Of a stretch of DNA of 64,000 nt, positions 37,178-53,387 are shown one piece after another (positions within the stretch are counted from its first letter, which is position 1; each line of letters opens with the position of its first letter). The DNA lies in contig CM022678.1 of assembly GCA_012295275.1 (NCBI GenBank), positions 6,324,001-6,388,000 on the forward strand, written 5' to 3'. The translations under genes were made by a program, and so were the position numbers. This DNA is from Chrysomallon squamiferum. Lineage: Eukaryota; Animalia; Mollusca. The notes under the pieces are model-generated. The model was not told the origin of the DNA. It did not search any database and saw nothing but the letters and a program-made list of their open reading frames with translations.

Positions 37178-39020
37178 ACATTCAGATTCGTGTCGGATTT
37201 AATTAAGTGCTTGTTGGAAGAGAATAATTAATAATTGTCTTATTTCAGATCGAGGCAATATTTGTTTGTTTTCTTTGTTTCTTTTTAATATAGCACGACC
37301 ATTATTATTATTATTATTAATTTTTCAATTGGCCGCAGATAATTGTTATCGGTTGTCAACAGGTGGAAAAGATAGTATTTCCATCGAAGCCCGAAGCTGT
37401 CAGAAAAAATATGAAAAGCAAACGAAAATTAATATTTTTCGAAGCAAAACGTTTCAGGTCCTTTTTTTTTACATCAAATTAATTATGGATAGTTGGTGAT
37501 TAAATATAATCAGTTCGTCTCATTTATCAGTTTATTAATGTAGTAAGTAAAATTATGAATGAAACTGAGGAATATTAATTATATTATATCAGCAATGAGC
37601 AACAGCAAATCGATTCTTGGAAAGTATTAGTTCATAAATGTTCATATCTGTCTTTATATATTTATTTTTATTATTATATTATTTAATTTCTTATTTTTAT
37701 ATCGAATAAGATACCTGTCGATCCAGATGAATCTTAAATGACAAAATAACCATAAACATAATCATATAAAATGTAAAAAACGGTAAAAAAAACAGCGTTT
37801 TCGTTCTTTCTTTTCTTTCATTTTTTTTATTTTATTTTTTAATATTTTTTAATATTTTTGTTTTTAAAACGAGACATGTACATAATATTACTTTACAGAA
37901 TTTGTTTGTGTTTTTAACTTATATATAATTTCAAGACAGTAAAATTTGTTTTGAAGTAGTTACTGCAGGAAGGCACATAAGAAGAAACTAATAAAAAAAA
38001 AAAAACAATAAACGAACATAGACTATAATGAAGTACAACGCTTCAGGCCATGTTTTAAATGAAGTTAATTGTAGATCATTGGTGATTAGATATAACCAGT
38101 TTCACTCACGTATCAGTTTGTTAGTTTAATAAGTGAACTGATAATGGTCTAGTAATTGAATAAATAAAACTATATAGTCGCAGTAATTTAGAAAATAAAA
38201 TTATGGTGGTGACTTAATTTAGAAATTTAACTTATATTACCGGTTGTCAGCCTTCATTTTATTAGAAAAAAAAAACTAGGTGTGTTACATTGTACTGCTT
38301 CTTCAGAATTGCATTACTTTAAACTTTTTTAAAATTAATAAACCAGATTCAAATGAAGCAAAACAATCATAATAAGTAAACAAATAATGTAAAATAAAGT
38401 AAAATAAATAAGTAAATAAATAAGTAATATACGAAGTTAAAAACAGCGAATACATCGATCGATTAAACAATACAAATTTATTGTATGTCAGTCCAGGCTT
38501 GTTTTGAAATTACTTATGATGATGATGATGATGATGATTAATAATAATAAAAAAAAAATACTGTGTATATTTTTTCATAAAACATGCTTTGAAGTTGTAG
38601 TATGCATTATCATTCACATGGCAGATATATTATTAATTTGTGTAATTTATTATATAAGTGTTGAGGTGAATAAAAAATTGTATATAAAACACACACACAG
38701 ATACATACATCCATACATCCATACATATATATATATATATTTTTTTTACCAAAGAAAATATACTTTCTATGACAACCCTTAACCTTGACCTTGGGTTTTT
38801 CTTATTTCTAATTTCAAACAAAATATTGATTAAAATAATAGCATCCAAAGAAGTCTTTTATTTATAACTTACAATGATAATTTCATTGAATGATAGGTAA
38901 GAAAGTAGTAGTAGTAGTAGTAGTAGTGGTAGTAGTAGAGTAGTAGTAGTATTTTATTCTAATACGATTAAGTTTTATTGTTTAGAACAGATTTATTCAG
39001 TGTTGATTAACATATATGTT

Positions 39021-39059
<39 letters not shown>

Positions 39060-39379
39060 CGTATTTATTTTAAAATTTTAATAATATATAAATAAATAAA
39101 CAAACAAACAGACAAACAGGCAAACAAATAAAGAAATGAATGAATCAATAAATAAATAAATAAACAATGAATAAACAAATAAGCAATATTAAGTTAACCA
39201 AGATGAGCATATTTATGCTGTTATTTCATGATATCACTTCTTTGATTAATATCTTTTATAATTTCATCAGCAATTCTAATGACACACATCTTGTAATACG
39301 TAAATATTTTTACTAACAGAAAATAACTAAATAAATATTTTAAATTGTTCGAAAGACAAAACAGGACTCAAATAACAAA

Positions 39380-39486
39380 AGGTATATATTGTTTTATTCA
39401 TGAATAATTTACTTTAATTATGCATAGACTTCTTGAGCTCAAGTCTTAGTTTAGTCATCTCCGTGCTTTGACAGCTTTCGATTCCA
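39380..39486 (-). other. Terminal 3'UTR exon of micro-exon gene C
   Basis: Acceptor tttttgcag ends at 39487; AATAAA at 39398-39393; homologous to the terminal exons of genes A and B. Confidence 0.65.
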
Positions 39487-40636
39487 CTGCAAAAATAAAT
39501 AAATAAGTAAATAAGTAAAAAGTTAATTTTAAAGTAAAAATGACAGTTTTAATACTTATTTTCTTTAACGATAGCCAAAAACAACGTCAAATGATTTTAT
39601 CTAATTAATTCTTACAAATGTAATTAAATAATTAATTGTTAAGCTATGTTAGTCCAATGGCATGGAAATAAGGATTTTCCCCGTAACGTCCGTTAATGGA
39701 CAAAGATTAATTTAAAGATTACTAGTATTAGTAATGAGCAAATATTGTAACAAATGTTATATTATTTGAATGTCAGTTTGAGTTTATTTTTAAATTGATT
39801 TACTGATGTTACGATAATGTCACTACTGAATGAAACATTTTTTTATAATTATTTATTGATTTATTTAAAATTTTAATAGTAAATAAAATAAAATAAAGTA
39901 AATAAAATAAAATATAATAAATAATTATTCAAAAACTACATTTCGTTAACTTTATCGTTCAGTAAATAATTAACTATATAAAATAGATGGTAAATTTTAT
40001 ATCATGCATTGTTCATGAAAAAAAAAAATATATATATATATATATAACGCATTTTATCATGGCATTAAATTAATGGGAAAAAAAAAGAAACGAAAAGAAG
40101 AAAAAACAAACACGAAACAAGTTCCGTGAATGTTACAAAAATTACACTGCTTTTATTACATCCAAACAAATATTTTTTTTTATTAATATCAGATTAATAA
40201 ATATATTATATATTAGATAAATTAATTAATTATGCAGTGTTCAGTCTTTTAGATTTATATAACGAGAATGAAAAAAAATAGAATTATCAATAAAATTGAA
40301 ATTGCTAAACATATTTTACTTCAAATAATCAATAACAAAACCATTCTAAGAAAAGGTTAGTTCATAAATTAGATGTCTCTATTTATAATATTTTTTATGA
40401 ATCTAACAATTCAGCTGTTGATACGAACCTAAACAATACTTTAAAAATGTATTCAGTATAAATAAAATTAAATGAAAGGTAAAAATGTAAAAAATAACAT
40501 TATTTAAAGAACAATATGAAAAATAGTAATTAATCATTTTAATTTTATCTGTTGTTCGTCTAGAATCTTAAAATATGCTTTTCTTCCATTTACAAAATAT
40601 GATTTAAACTACTATTACTAAAAATTTACCTGTTGT

Positions 40637-41026
40637 TCACCAATCACCTAAAAATAAAAGAAATAAATGTAATAAATATTAATTAATAATAAATGTATTC
40701 AGTATAAACATAATTACAAGTAAAGTGAAAATTATTTTTTTACATAATATGATATACTTATATAAAGAAAACTATTATCAGTAAAAGAAATATTGAATTC
40801 AATATCTTATTACTCAGGTAATTTTACTGTGTTTTAGATTCTGATATAATGTCAACTATATACACTTTGTTTAATTGTCTACTGTGGAATGCTAACTTGA
40901 AATTATTGCAATACAATAGATATTTTATTAGAACTAACCAGTAAAAAAACCATATATTTATCTATCTATCTATCTATATATAGCCTTTCTTGATTCAAAC
41001 ACACAAACACACACGTAGATAATAAA

Positions 41027-41105
<79 letters not shown>

Positions 41106-41801
41106 GCAGTAGTAAATTAAAATACCATAAAGATATTAGTAATAAAATACATTTACTCATTTTATTTATTTACTAAAATAAACCTATCTTGAAGTTACTA
41201 CAATATCTGTCCGTCTGTCTATATGTTATGTATGTATGTATCTATCTATCTATCTCAATATTCCATATATATACATATATAAATTAATAATTTAATTTTA
41301 CAATAGGAATATACTTTAGCGTTTTCTTATCGAATAAAGCTAATGAAAGAATTATATTTCATCAGTTATTTCACTAGAATTTTAAAAACAAGACACAGGG
41401 AACATCACTTTTATGAATCTGGAAAAATTAAAAAGATTTGTTCAGAACTAAGGTAAGATAAAATTTTGTCCAAGCTCATAGTTAAGAAGGTTGCTGTATC
41501 CTCCATTACTGAATTGATTATGAAATTTTAGTATGTTTCAGAGTTATATATATAAATATTTTCAAAACATTAAAACTGTTTCAATACTTACAGACTGCAG
41601 CAGGTGTTGCTAGAAAATAAATATAGAATAAAATTATAAATCACATTCAGAAATATCAAACATATTCAAAACAATTGTACGAAAAACATATTTGACAAAA
41701 GTGGTTAATGTAACTCCGAACTGTTTCCCGATTTATGTATCATAGAACTTAACTGTTCATACAGCAGAACCCTAGCATACATACATACATATATATGTGT
41801 A

Positions 41802-41845
<44 letters not shown>

Positions 41846-42239
41846 ATAAAAAAATAATTAATAATTTAATATTAGTTTACAGATACACTTTAAGAAGAGG
41901 AGTTTATAATTATGTCAGCATTTTCTTATCCAATAAATTTAATAAAAGAACTATTTTTCATCAACATACGGTTATACTTTAAAGACAGAAGTGAAATATT
42001 TATGTGAGCATTTTGTTGTCGAGTAACGCCAAGGAAATAGTATTTCATCATTTATTTCACTAGAACCTTAAAAACTACAAAAGGCGAACATCACCTTTGG
42101 GAACCTGGAAAAGTTAGTAAAACTTTCTTATAAATAAGGTAAAATGATTTCGTTCAAATTGATGGTTAATAAACATGAAACCTAGTATACATACATACAT
42201 ATATACATATATATACTCACACACACAAACATGTATCTA

Positions 42240-42271
<32 letters not shown>

Positions 42272-45200
42272 CTCACACACACAAACATACGTATATATAT
42301 CTATATCAATATCACTAATAAAATCATTAATAATAAAATTTTAGTATACAGATATATTTTAAAAAGAGGGGAAAAAAATTATTTCAGCATTTTCTTATCG
42401 AATAAAGTTAATGAAAGAATTATATTTCATCAGTTATTTAACTAGAACTTTAAAAACAAGAAAAGGGGAATATCACCTTTCTGAAAGTGGAAAAATCAAA
42501 AAGATATTTTTCAGAACTAAGGTAAAATTATTTTGTTCAAACTCATAGTTAATAAATATGCTGTATCCTCTATTACTTAACTGATTATAAAATTTTAATA
42601 TCTTAAAGTCATATACATAAATATTTTAAAAACATAGGTGTTGCTACAATTAAATGGAATTAATAATTAATGACATTGACGAATATTAAACATAATCAAA
42701 ACAATTCTAGGAAAAAGATCGTTTCACAAACTTGGTTCATGAAGTTTTGTCCTCTTTCCCAATTGATATATTTTATAACGGAACTGTTCGTACACAAGAA
42801 CCCAAGTATATACATATATATAACAAAATAATAAATAATTTAGTTTTACTAGAGGCATATACTTTAAAAAGATGGATGTAATAATTATTTCAGCATTTTG
42901 TTATCGAATAAAGTTAATGAAAGAATTATATTTCTTCAGTTATTATACTAGAATTTTAAAAAGAAGAAAAGAAAGTACCATTTCTGAATGTGCAAAAAAA
43001 TGAAAAACACTTTATCAGAACTATGGTAACATTATTTTTTTCAAACCCATAGCTAATAAATACGCTGTACCCTACCTTAATTGATTAAAAATCTTAATAT
43101 ATTTTAGAGTTATATATATAAATATTTTCAGAACATTAAAATTATTTCCATACTTACTGGTTCTTCTAGGTGTTGCTGCAAAATAAATATGAAATTATAT
43201 ATATAAATATCCAACAAAAAATTAATAATGAGAATCTAGACGAAATACTAAGATTTTCTTCGACCGAAGATAAAATTACTTCGTTCAAATTTATGGTTAA
43301 TAAACATGCTACATACTGATTTATTTAACTGATCATGAAATTGGAATACCCTTAAGACTTATATAAACATATAGAAAACATTAAAACTGTTTCATTACTT
43401 ACTGGTAGTAGTAGGTGTTGCTACAAGAAAAAATGGAATGAAATAATTAATGACTTTGACGAATATTAAACATACTCAAAAAAATTCTAGGAAAAAGATC
43501 GTTTCACAAAGTTAGTTAATGTAACTTTGTCCTCTTTCCCAATCGATATATTTTATAACGGAACTGTTGGTACAGAATAAAGTTAATGAACTAATTATAT
43601 TTCATCAGTTATGTCATTAGAACTTTAAGATGAAGAAAACTTGATCATCACCTTTCTGAATGTGGAAAAACGAAAAAGACTTTTTTCAGAACTAAGGAAA
43701 CATTATTTTGTTCAAACTCATAGTTAATAAGTACGGTTTATCCTCCATTACTTAATTGATTATGAAATTTTAATGTCTTTTAGAGTTAAATACATAAATA
43801 TTTTCAAAATATTAAAATTGTTTCCATACTTACTGGTTGTAGTAGTTGTCGCTACAAAGTAAATATTGAATATATATAATTATCCAATAAAAAAATTAAT
43901 AATGTGAATCTGGAGAAATTACTAAGATTTCCTTAGAACTAAGGTAAAATTATTTCTTTCAAATTGATACTTAATAAACTTGATACATAACGCATTATTT
44001 AACTGATGATGAAATAGTAATATCTTTTAGACTTATATAAACATTTTCAAAACATTAAAACTGCTTCATTACTTACTGGTAGTAGTAGGTGTTGCTACAA
44101 AAAATGGAATAAAATAATTAATGACATTGGCGAATATCAAACAAACTCAAAACAATTCTAGGAAAAAGATTGTTTCACAAAGTTGGTTAATGTAACTTTG
44201 TCCTCTTTCCCAATCAATGTATTTGATAATGGAACTGTTTGTACAGAATAAAGTTAATGAAAGGATTATATTTCATCAGTTATTTCATTACAACTTTAAG
44301 GAAAAGAATAGGGGAACATCACCTTTCTGAATGTGGAAAAATGAAAAAGATTTTTTTCAGAACTAAGGTTCAAACTCATAGTTAATAAATATGCTGTATC
44401 CTCCATTACTGAATTGATTATGAAATTTTAATATCTTTTAGAGTTACATACATACACATTTTCAAAATATTAAAATTGTTTCCATACTTACTGGTTGTAG
44501 TAGGTGTCGCTACAAAATAAATATTAAATATATATATTTATATATAATTAGCCAATAAAAAAAAAATAATGAGAATCTGGAAAAAATACTAAGATTTTCT
44601 TAGACCTAAGATAAAATTACTTCCTTGAAATTTATGGTTAATAAACATGTTACATACTGCATTATTTAACTGATTATGAAATTGGAATACCCTTAAGAAT
44701 TATATAAACATATTGAAAACATTAAAACTGTTTCATTACTTACTGGTAGTAGTAGGTGTTGCTACAAGAAAAAAATGGAATGAAATAATTAATGACTTTG
44801 ACGAATATTAAACATACTCAAAACAATTCTAGGAAAAAGATCGTTTCACAAAGTTGGTTCATGAAACTTTGCTGTCTTTCTCAATTGATATATTTTTAAA
44901 AGGAACTGTTCGTACAGAAGAACCCCAGTAAATATATATATGTAGATATTTAAAACTGTTTCAGTACTTACTGGTAGTAGTAGGTGTTGCTACAAAACAA
45001 TGGAATAAAATAATTAATGACACTAAGGAATATTAAACATACTCAAAACAATTCTAGGAAAAAGATTGTTTCACAAAGCTGGTTAATGTAACTTTGTCCT
45101 CTTTCCCAATCGATATATTTTATAACGGAACTGTTGGTTGAGAATAAAGGTAATGAAAGAATTATATTTCATCAGTTATTTCACTAAAACATTAAGAACA

Positions 45201-46221
45201 AGAAAATGGGAAAAACACCAATCTGAATGCGGAAAAATGGAAGTCTTTTTTTCAGAACTAAGGAAACATTATTTTGTTCAAACTCGTAGTTAATAAGTAC
45301 GGTTTATCCTCCATTACTTAATTGATTATGAAATTTTAATGTCTTTTAGAGTTAAATACATAAATATTTTCAAAATATTAAAATTGTTTCCATACTTACT
45401 GGTTGTAGTAGGTGTCGCTACAAAATAAATATTGAATATATAGATATATATATATATAATTATCCAATAAAAATATTAATAATGTGAATCTGGAGAAATT
45501 AGTAAGATTTCCTTAGAACTAATGTAAAATTATTTCGTTCAAATTGATGCTTAATAAACAAGCTACATACTGCATTATTTAACTGATGATGAAGAAGTAA
45601 TATCCTTTAGACATATAAATATTTTAAAAACTTTAAAACTGTTTCATTACTTACTGGTAGTAGTAGGTGTTGCTACAAAAAATGGATTAAAATAATTAAT
45701 GACACTGACGAATATTAAACATATCCAAACAATTCTAGGAAAAAGATCGTTTCACAAACTTGGTTCATGAAGCTTTGTCCTCTTTCCCAATTGATATATT
45801 TGATAACGGAACTGTTCGTACACAAGAACCCAAGTATATACATATGTATAACAAAAAAATAAGTAATTTAGTTATACTATAGACATATACTTTAAAAAGA
45901 GGGATGTAATAATTATTTCAGCATTTTGTTATCGAATAAAGTTAATGAAAGAATTATATTTCTTCAGTTATTATACTAGAATTTTAAATAGAAGAAAAGA
46001 TAATCACCTTTCTGAATGTGCAAAAAATGAAAAACACTTTATCAGAACTATGGTAACATTATTTTTTCAAACCCATATCTAATAAATACGCTGTACCTTC
46101 CGATACTTAATTGATTAGAAATTTTAATATATTTTAGAGTTATATATATAAATATTTTCAGAACATTAAAATTATTTATATACTTACTGGTTGTTCTAGG
46201 TGTTGCTGCAAAATAAATATG

Positions 46222-46264
<43 letters not shown>

Positions 46265-48606
46265 AACAAAAAAATTAATAATGAGAATCTGGAAAAAATA
46301 CTAAGATTTTCTTAGACCTAAGATAAAATTACTTCGTTCAAATTTATGGTTAATAAACATGTTACATACTGCTTTATTTAACTGATTATTAAATTGGAAT
46401 ACCCTTAAGACTTATATAAACATATTGAAAACATTAAAACTGTTTCATTACTTACTGGTAGTAGTAGGTGTTGCTACAAAAAAAAAATGGAATGAAATAA
46501 TTAATGACTTTGACGAATATTAAACATACTCAAAACAATTCTAGGAAAAAGATCGTTTCACAAAGTTGGTTCATGAAACTTTGTTCTCTTTCCCAATTGA
46601 TATATTTTAAAAACGAACTGTTCCTACAGAAGAACCCCAGTAAATATAGATATGTAGATATTTAAAACTGTTTCAATTCTTACTGGTAGTAGTAGGTGTT
46701 GCTACAAAACAATGGAATAAAATAATTAATGACACTAACGAATATTAAACATATTCAAAACAATTCTAGGAAAAAGATTGTTTCACAAATTAGATCCATG
46801 CAACTGTGTCCTCGTTCCCAATCGATATATTTTATAACAGAACTTTTGGTACAGAATAAAGTTAATGAAAGAATTATATTTCATCAGTTATGTCATTAGA
46901 ACTTTAAGAACAAGAAAATGGGAAAAACACCTTTCTGTATGTGGAAAAACGAAAAAGACTTTTTTCAGAAGTAAGGAAACATTATTTTGTTCAAACTCAT
47001 GGTTAATAAGTACGGTTTATCCTCCATAACTTAATTGATTATGAAATTTTGATATCATTTAGAGTTACAAACATAAATGTTTTCAAAATATTAAAATTGT
47101 TTCCATACTTACTGGTTGTAGTAGGTGTCGCTACAAAATAAAGAATGAATGTATATATAATTATCCAATAAAGAAATTAATAATGTGAATCTGGAGAAAT
47201 TAGTAAGATTTCCTAAGAACTAAGATAAAATTATTTCTTTCAAATTGATGCTTAATAAACATGCTACATTCTGCATTATATAACTAATGATCAAATTGTA
47301 ATATCCTTTAGACTTATATAAACATTTCCAAAACATTAAAACTGTTTCGTTACTGGTAGTAGTAGGTGTTGCTACAAAAAAATGGAATAAAATAATTAAT
47401 GACATTGACGAATATTAAACATATTCAAAACAATTCTAGGAAAAAGATTGTTTCACAAATTAGATCCATGCAACTGTGTCCTCTTTCCCAACTGATATAT
47501 TTTATAACAGAACTTTTGGTACAGAATAAAGTTAATGAAAGAATTATATTTCATCAGTTATGTCATTAGAACTTTAAGATGAAGAAAACTTGATCATCAC
47601 CTTTCTGAATGTGGAAAAACGAAAAAGACTTTTTTCAGAACTAAGGAAACATTATTTTGTTCAAACTCGTAGTTAATAAGTACGGTTTATCCTCCATTAC
47701 TTAATTGATTATGAAATTTTAATGTCTTTTAGAGTTAAATACATAAATATTTTCAAAATATTAAAATTGTTTCCATACTTACTGGTTGTAGTAGGTGTCG
47801 CTACAAAATAAATATTGAATATATAGATATATATATATATAATTATCCAATAAAAATATTAATAATGTGAATCTGGAGAAATTAGTAAGATTTCCTTAGA
47901 ACTAATGTAAAATTATTTCGTTCAAATTGATGCTTAATAAACAAGCTACATACTGCATTATTTAACTGATGATGAAGAAGTAATATCCTTTAGACATATA
48001 AATATTTTCAAAACATTAAAACTGTTTCATTACTTACTGGTAGTAGTAGGTGTTGCTACAAAAAAAATGGAATAAAATAATTAATGACACTGACGAATAT
48101 TAAACATATCCAAACAATTCTAGGAAAAAGATCGTTTCACAAACTTGGTTCATGAAGCTTTGTCCTCTTTCCCAATTGATATATTTGATAACGGAACTGT
48201 TCATTAATGGAACCCCAGTATATATATATATATAACAAAAAATAAGTAATTTAGTTATACTATAGACATATACTTTAAAAAGAGGGATGTAATAATTATT
48301 TCAGCATTTTGTTATCGAATAAAGTTAATGAAAGAATTATATTTCTTCAGTTATTATACTAGAATTTTAAATAGAAGAAAAGATAATCACCTTTCTGAAT
48401 GTGCAAAAAATGAAAAACACTTTATCAGAACTATGGTAACATTATTTTTTCAAACCCATATCTAATAAATACGTTGTACCCTCCATTACTTAATTGATTA
48501 GAAATTTTAATATATTTTAGAGTTATATATATAAATATTTTCAGAACATTAAAATTATTTATATATACTTACTGGTTGTTCTAGGTGTTGCTGCAAAATA
48601 AATATG

Positions 48607-48667
<61 letters not shown>

Positions 48668-50356
48668 AACAAAAAAATTAATAATGAGAATCTGGAAAAA
48701 ATACTAAGATTTTCTTAGACCTAAGATAAAATTACTTCGTTCAAATTTATGGTTAATAAACATGTTACATACTGCTTTATTTAACTGATTATTAAATTGG
48801 AATACCCTTAAGACTTATATAAACATATTGAAAACATTAAAACTGTTTCATTACTTACTGGTAGTAGTAGGTGTTGCTACAAAAAAAAAATGGAATGAAA
48901 TAATTAATGACTTTGACGAATATTAAACAGACTCAAAACAATTCTAGGAAAAAGATCGTTTCACAAAGTTGGTTCATGAAACTTTGTTCTCTTTCCCAAT
49001 TGATATATTTTAAAAACGAGCTGTTCCTACAGAAGAACCCCAGTAAATATAGATATATGTAGATATTTAAAACTGTTTCAATTCTTACTGGTAGTAGTAG
49101 GTGTTGCTACAAAACAATGGAATAAAATAATTAATGACACTAAGGAATATTAAACATATTCAAAACAATTCTAGGAAAAAGATTGTTTCACAAAGACTGG
49201 TTAATACAACTTTGTCCTCGTTCCCAATCGATATATTTTATAACAGAACTTTTGGTACAGAATAAAGTTAATGAAAGAATTATATTTCATCAGTTATGTC
49301 ATTAGAACTTTAAGATGAAGAAAATGGGAACATCACCTTTCTGAATGTGGAAAAATGGAAAATACTTTTTTCAGAACTAAGGAAACATTATTTCGTTCAA
49401 ACTCATGGTTAATAAGTACGGTTTATCCTCCATTACTTAATTGATTATGAAATTTTGATATCTTTTAGAGTTACAAACATAAATATTTTCAAAATATTGA
49501 AATTGTTTCCATACTTACTGACTGTAGTAGGTATCGCTACAAAATGAATATTGAATATATATATACATAATTATCCAATAAAAAAATTAATAATCTGAAA
49601 CTGGAGAAATAAGTAAGATTTCCTTAGAACTAAGATAAAATTATTTCTTTCAAATTGATGCTTAATAAACATGCTACATTCTGCACTATATAACTAATGA
49701 TCAAATTGTAATATCCTTTAGACTTATATAAACATTTCCAAAACATTAAAACAATTTCGTTACTGGTAGTAGTAGGTGTTGCTACAAAAAAATGGAATAA
49801 AATAATCAATGACATTGGCGAATATTGAACATATTCAAAACAATTCTAGGAAAAAAATTGTTTCACAATGTTGGTTTATGTAACTGTGTCCTCTTTCCTA
49901 ATTGATATATTATAAAACGGAACTGTTCGTACAAAAGAACCCCAGTATATATATAAATATATATATATATAGGTAATCGAATATTTAATAATTTAATTTT
50001 AGTATGGTGATATACTTTAAAAAGAGTCCTCTGATAATTAGTTCGGCTCTATTTTAATCGATGAAAGATAATGTAACAACTATATTTCATCAGTTATTTC
50101 ACTAGAACTTTTAAAACAAGAAAAGGGTAACATCACCTTCCTGAATGTGGAAAAATGATAAAGATTTTTAGAAAACTAAGGTAAAATTATTTTGTTCAAC
50201 CTCATAGTTAATAAATATATTGTGTCCTCCATTACTGAATTGATTATGAAATTTGAATATCTTTCAGAGTTATATACATAAATATTTTACAAACATTAAA
50301 ATTGTTTCCATACTTACTGGTTGTAGTAGGTGTCACTACAAAATAAATAAAGAATG

Positions 50357-50403
<47 letters not shown>

Positions 50404-51842
50404 CACATATCCAATAACAAAATTAAGAATGTTAATAGGTAAAATTATCTCGTTGGAATTGATGTTTAATAAACCTGATACATAACGCATTATTTAACTG
50501 ATGATGAAATTGTAATATCTTTTAGACTTATATAAACATTTTCAAAGCATTAAGACTGTTTCAATACTTACTGGTATCAGTAGGTGTTGCTACAAAAAAT
50601 TGAATAAAATAGTTAATGAAATTGAGGAATATTAAAGATACTCAAAACAATTCTAGGAAAAAGATTTTTTCACAAAGCTGGTTAATGTAACTTCCTCCTC
50701 TTTCCCAACTGATATATTTTATAACAGAACTTTTGGTACAGAATAAAGTTAATGAAAGAATTATATTTCATCAGTTATGTCATTAGAACTTTAAGATGAA
50801 GAAAAAGGGAACATCACCTTTCTGAATGTGCAAAAAAACGAAAAAGACTTTTTTCAGAACTAAGGAAACATTATTTTGTTCAAACTCATAGTTAGTAAGT
50901 ACCGTTTTTCCTCCATTACTTAATTGAGTATGAAATTTTAAAGTCTTTTAGATTTACATACATAAATATTTTCAAAATATTAAAATTGTTTCCATACTTA
51001 CTGATTGTAGTAGGTATCGCTACAAAATAAATATTGAATATATATATATATAATTATCGAATAAAAAAGTTAATCATCTGAATCTGGAGAAATTAGTAAG
51101 ATTTCCTTAGAAGTAACGTAAAATTATTTCTTTCAAATTGATACTTGAAAAACATACTACATACTGCATTATTTAACTGATGATGAAATAGTAATATCCT
51201 TTAGACTTATATAAACATTTTCAAAACATTAAAACTGTTTCATTAGTTACTGGTAGTAGTAGGTGTTCCTACAAGAAAAAATGGAATAAAATAATTAATG
51301 ACTTTGAGGAATATTAAACATATTCAAACGAATTGTAGGAAAAAGATCGTTTCACAATGTTGGTTCATGTAACTGTTTCCTCCTTCCTAATTGATATATT
51401 TTAAAACGGAACTGTTCGTACAAAAAAACCCCAGTATATATATAAATATATATATATATAGGTAATCGAATAATTAATAATTTAATTTTAGTATGGTGAT
51501 ATACTTTAAAAAGAGGGCTCTGATAATTAGTTCAGCTTTTTTTCTATCAAAGAAATATAATGTAACAATCATATTTCATCAGTTATTTCACTAGAACTTT
51601 AAAAACAAAAAAAGGGTAACATCACCTTTCTGAATGTGGAAAAATGGAAAAGATTTTTAGAAAACTAAGGTAAAATTATTTTGTTCAACCTCATAGTTAA
51701 TAAATATATTGTGTCCTCCATTACTGAATTGATTATGAAATTTGAATATCTTTCAGAGTTATATACATAAATATTTTCCAAACATTAAAATTGTTTCCAT
51801 ACTTACTGGTTGTAGTAGGTGTCACTACAAAATAAATAAAGA

Positions 51843-51899
<57 letters not shown>

Positions 51900-53330
51900 G
51901 ATATCCAATAAAAAAATTAAGAATGTTAATAGGTAAAATTATTTCGTTGGAATTGATGGTTAATAATCTTGATACATAACGCATTATTTAACTGATGATG
52001 AAATTGTAATATCTTTTAGACTTATATAAACATTTTCAAAGCATTAAGACTGTTTCAATACTTACTGGTATCAGTAGGTGTTGCTACAAAAAATGGAATA
52101 AAATAGTTAATGAAATTGAGGAATATTAAAGATACTGAAAACAATTCTCGGAAAAAGATTTTTTCACAAAGGTGGTTAATGTAACTTCGTCCTCTTTCCC
52201 AATCGATATATTTTATAACAGAACTTTTGGTACAGAATAAAGTTAATGAAAGAATTATATTTCATCAGTTATTTCATTAGAACTTTAAGTTGAAGAAAAC
52301 TGGATCATCACCTTTCTGAATGTGGAAAAAAGAAAAAGACTTTTTTCAGAACTAAGGAAACATTATTTTGTTCAAACTCATAGTTAGTAAGTACCGTTTT
52401 TCCTCCATTACTTAATTGAGTATGAAATTTTAAAGTCTTTTAGATTTACATACATAAATATTTTCAAAATATTAAAATTGTTTCCATACTTACTGATTGT
52501 TGTAGGTATCGCTACAGAATAAATATTGAATATATATATATAATTATCGAATAAAAAAGTTAATCATGTGAATCTGGAGAAATTAGTAAGATTTGCTTAG
52601 AACTAAGGTAAAATTATTTCTTTCAAATTGATACTTGATAAACACGCTACATACTGCATTATTTAACTGATGATGAAATAGTAATATCCTTTAGACTTAT
52701 ATAAACATTTTCAAAACAATAGAACTGTTTCATTAGTTACTGCTAGTAGTAGGTGTTCCTACAAGATAAAATGGAATAAAATAATTAATGACTTTGAGGA
52801 ATATTTAACATATTCAAACCAGTTGTAGGAAAAAGATCGTTTCACAATGTTGGTTCATGTATCTGTTTCCTCTTTCCTAATTGATATATTTTAAAACGGA
52901 ACTGTTCATGCAAAAGGACCCCAGTATATATATAAATATATATATATAGGTAATCGAATATTTAATAATTTAATTTTAGTATAGTGATATACTTTAAAAA
53001 GAGGGCTCTGATAATTAGTTCAGCTTTCTTTTTATCAAAGAAATATAATGTAACAATTATATTTCATCAGTTATTTCACTAGAACTTTAAAAACAAGAAA
53101 AGGGTAACATCACCTTTCTGAATGTGGAAAAATGGAAAAGATTTTTAGAAAACTATGCTAAAATTATTTTGTTCAACCTCATAGTTAATAAATATATTGT
53201 GTCCTCCATTACTGAATTGATTATAAAATTTGAATATCTTTCAGAGTTATATACATAAATATTTTCCAAACATTAAAATTGTTTCCATACTTACTGGTTG
53301 TAGTAGGTGTCACTACAAAATAAATAAAGA

Positions 53331-53387
<57 letters not shown>

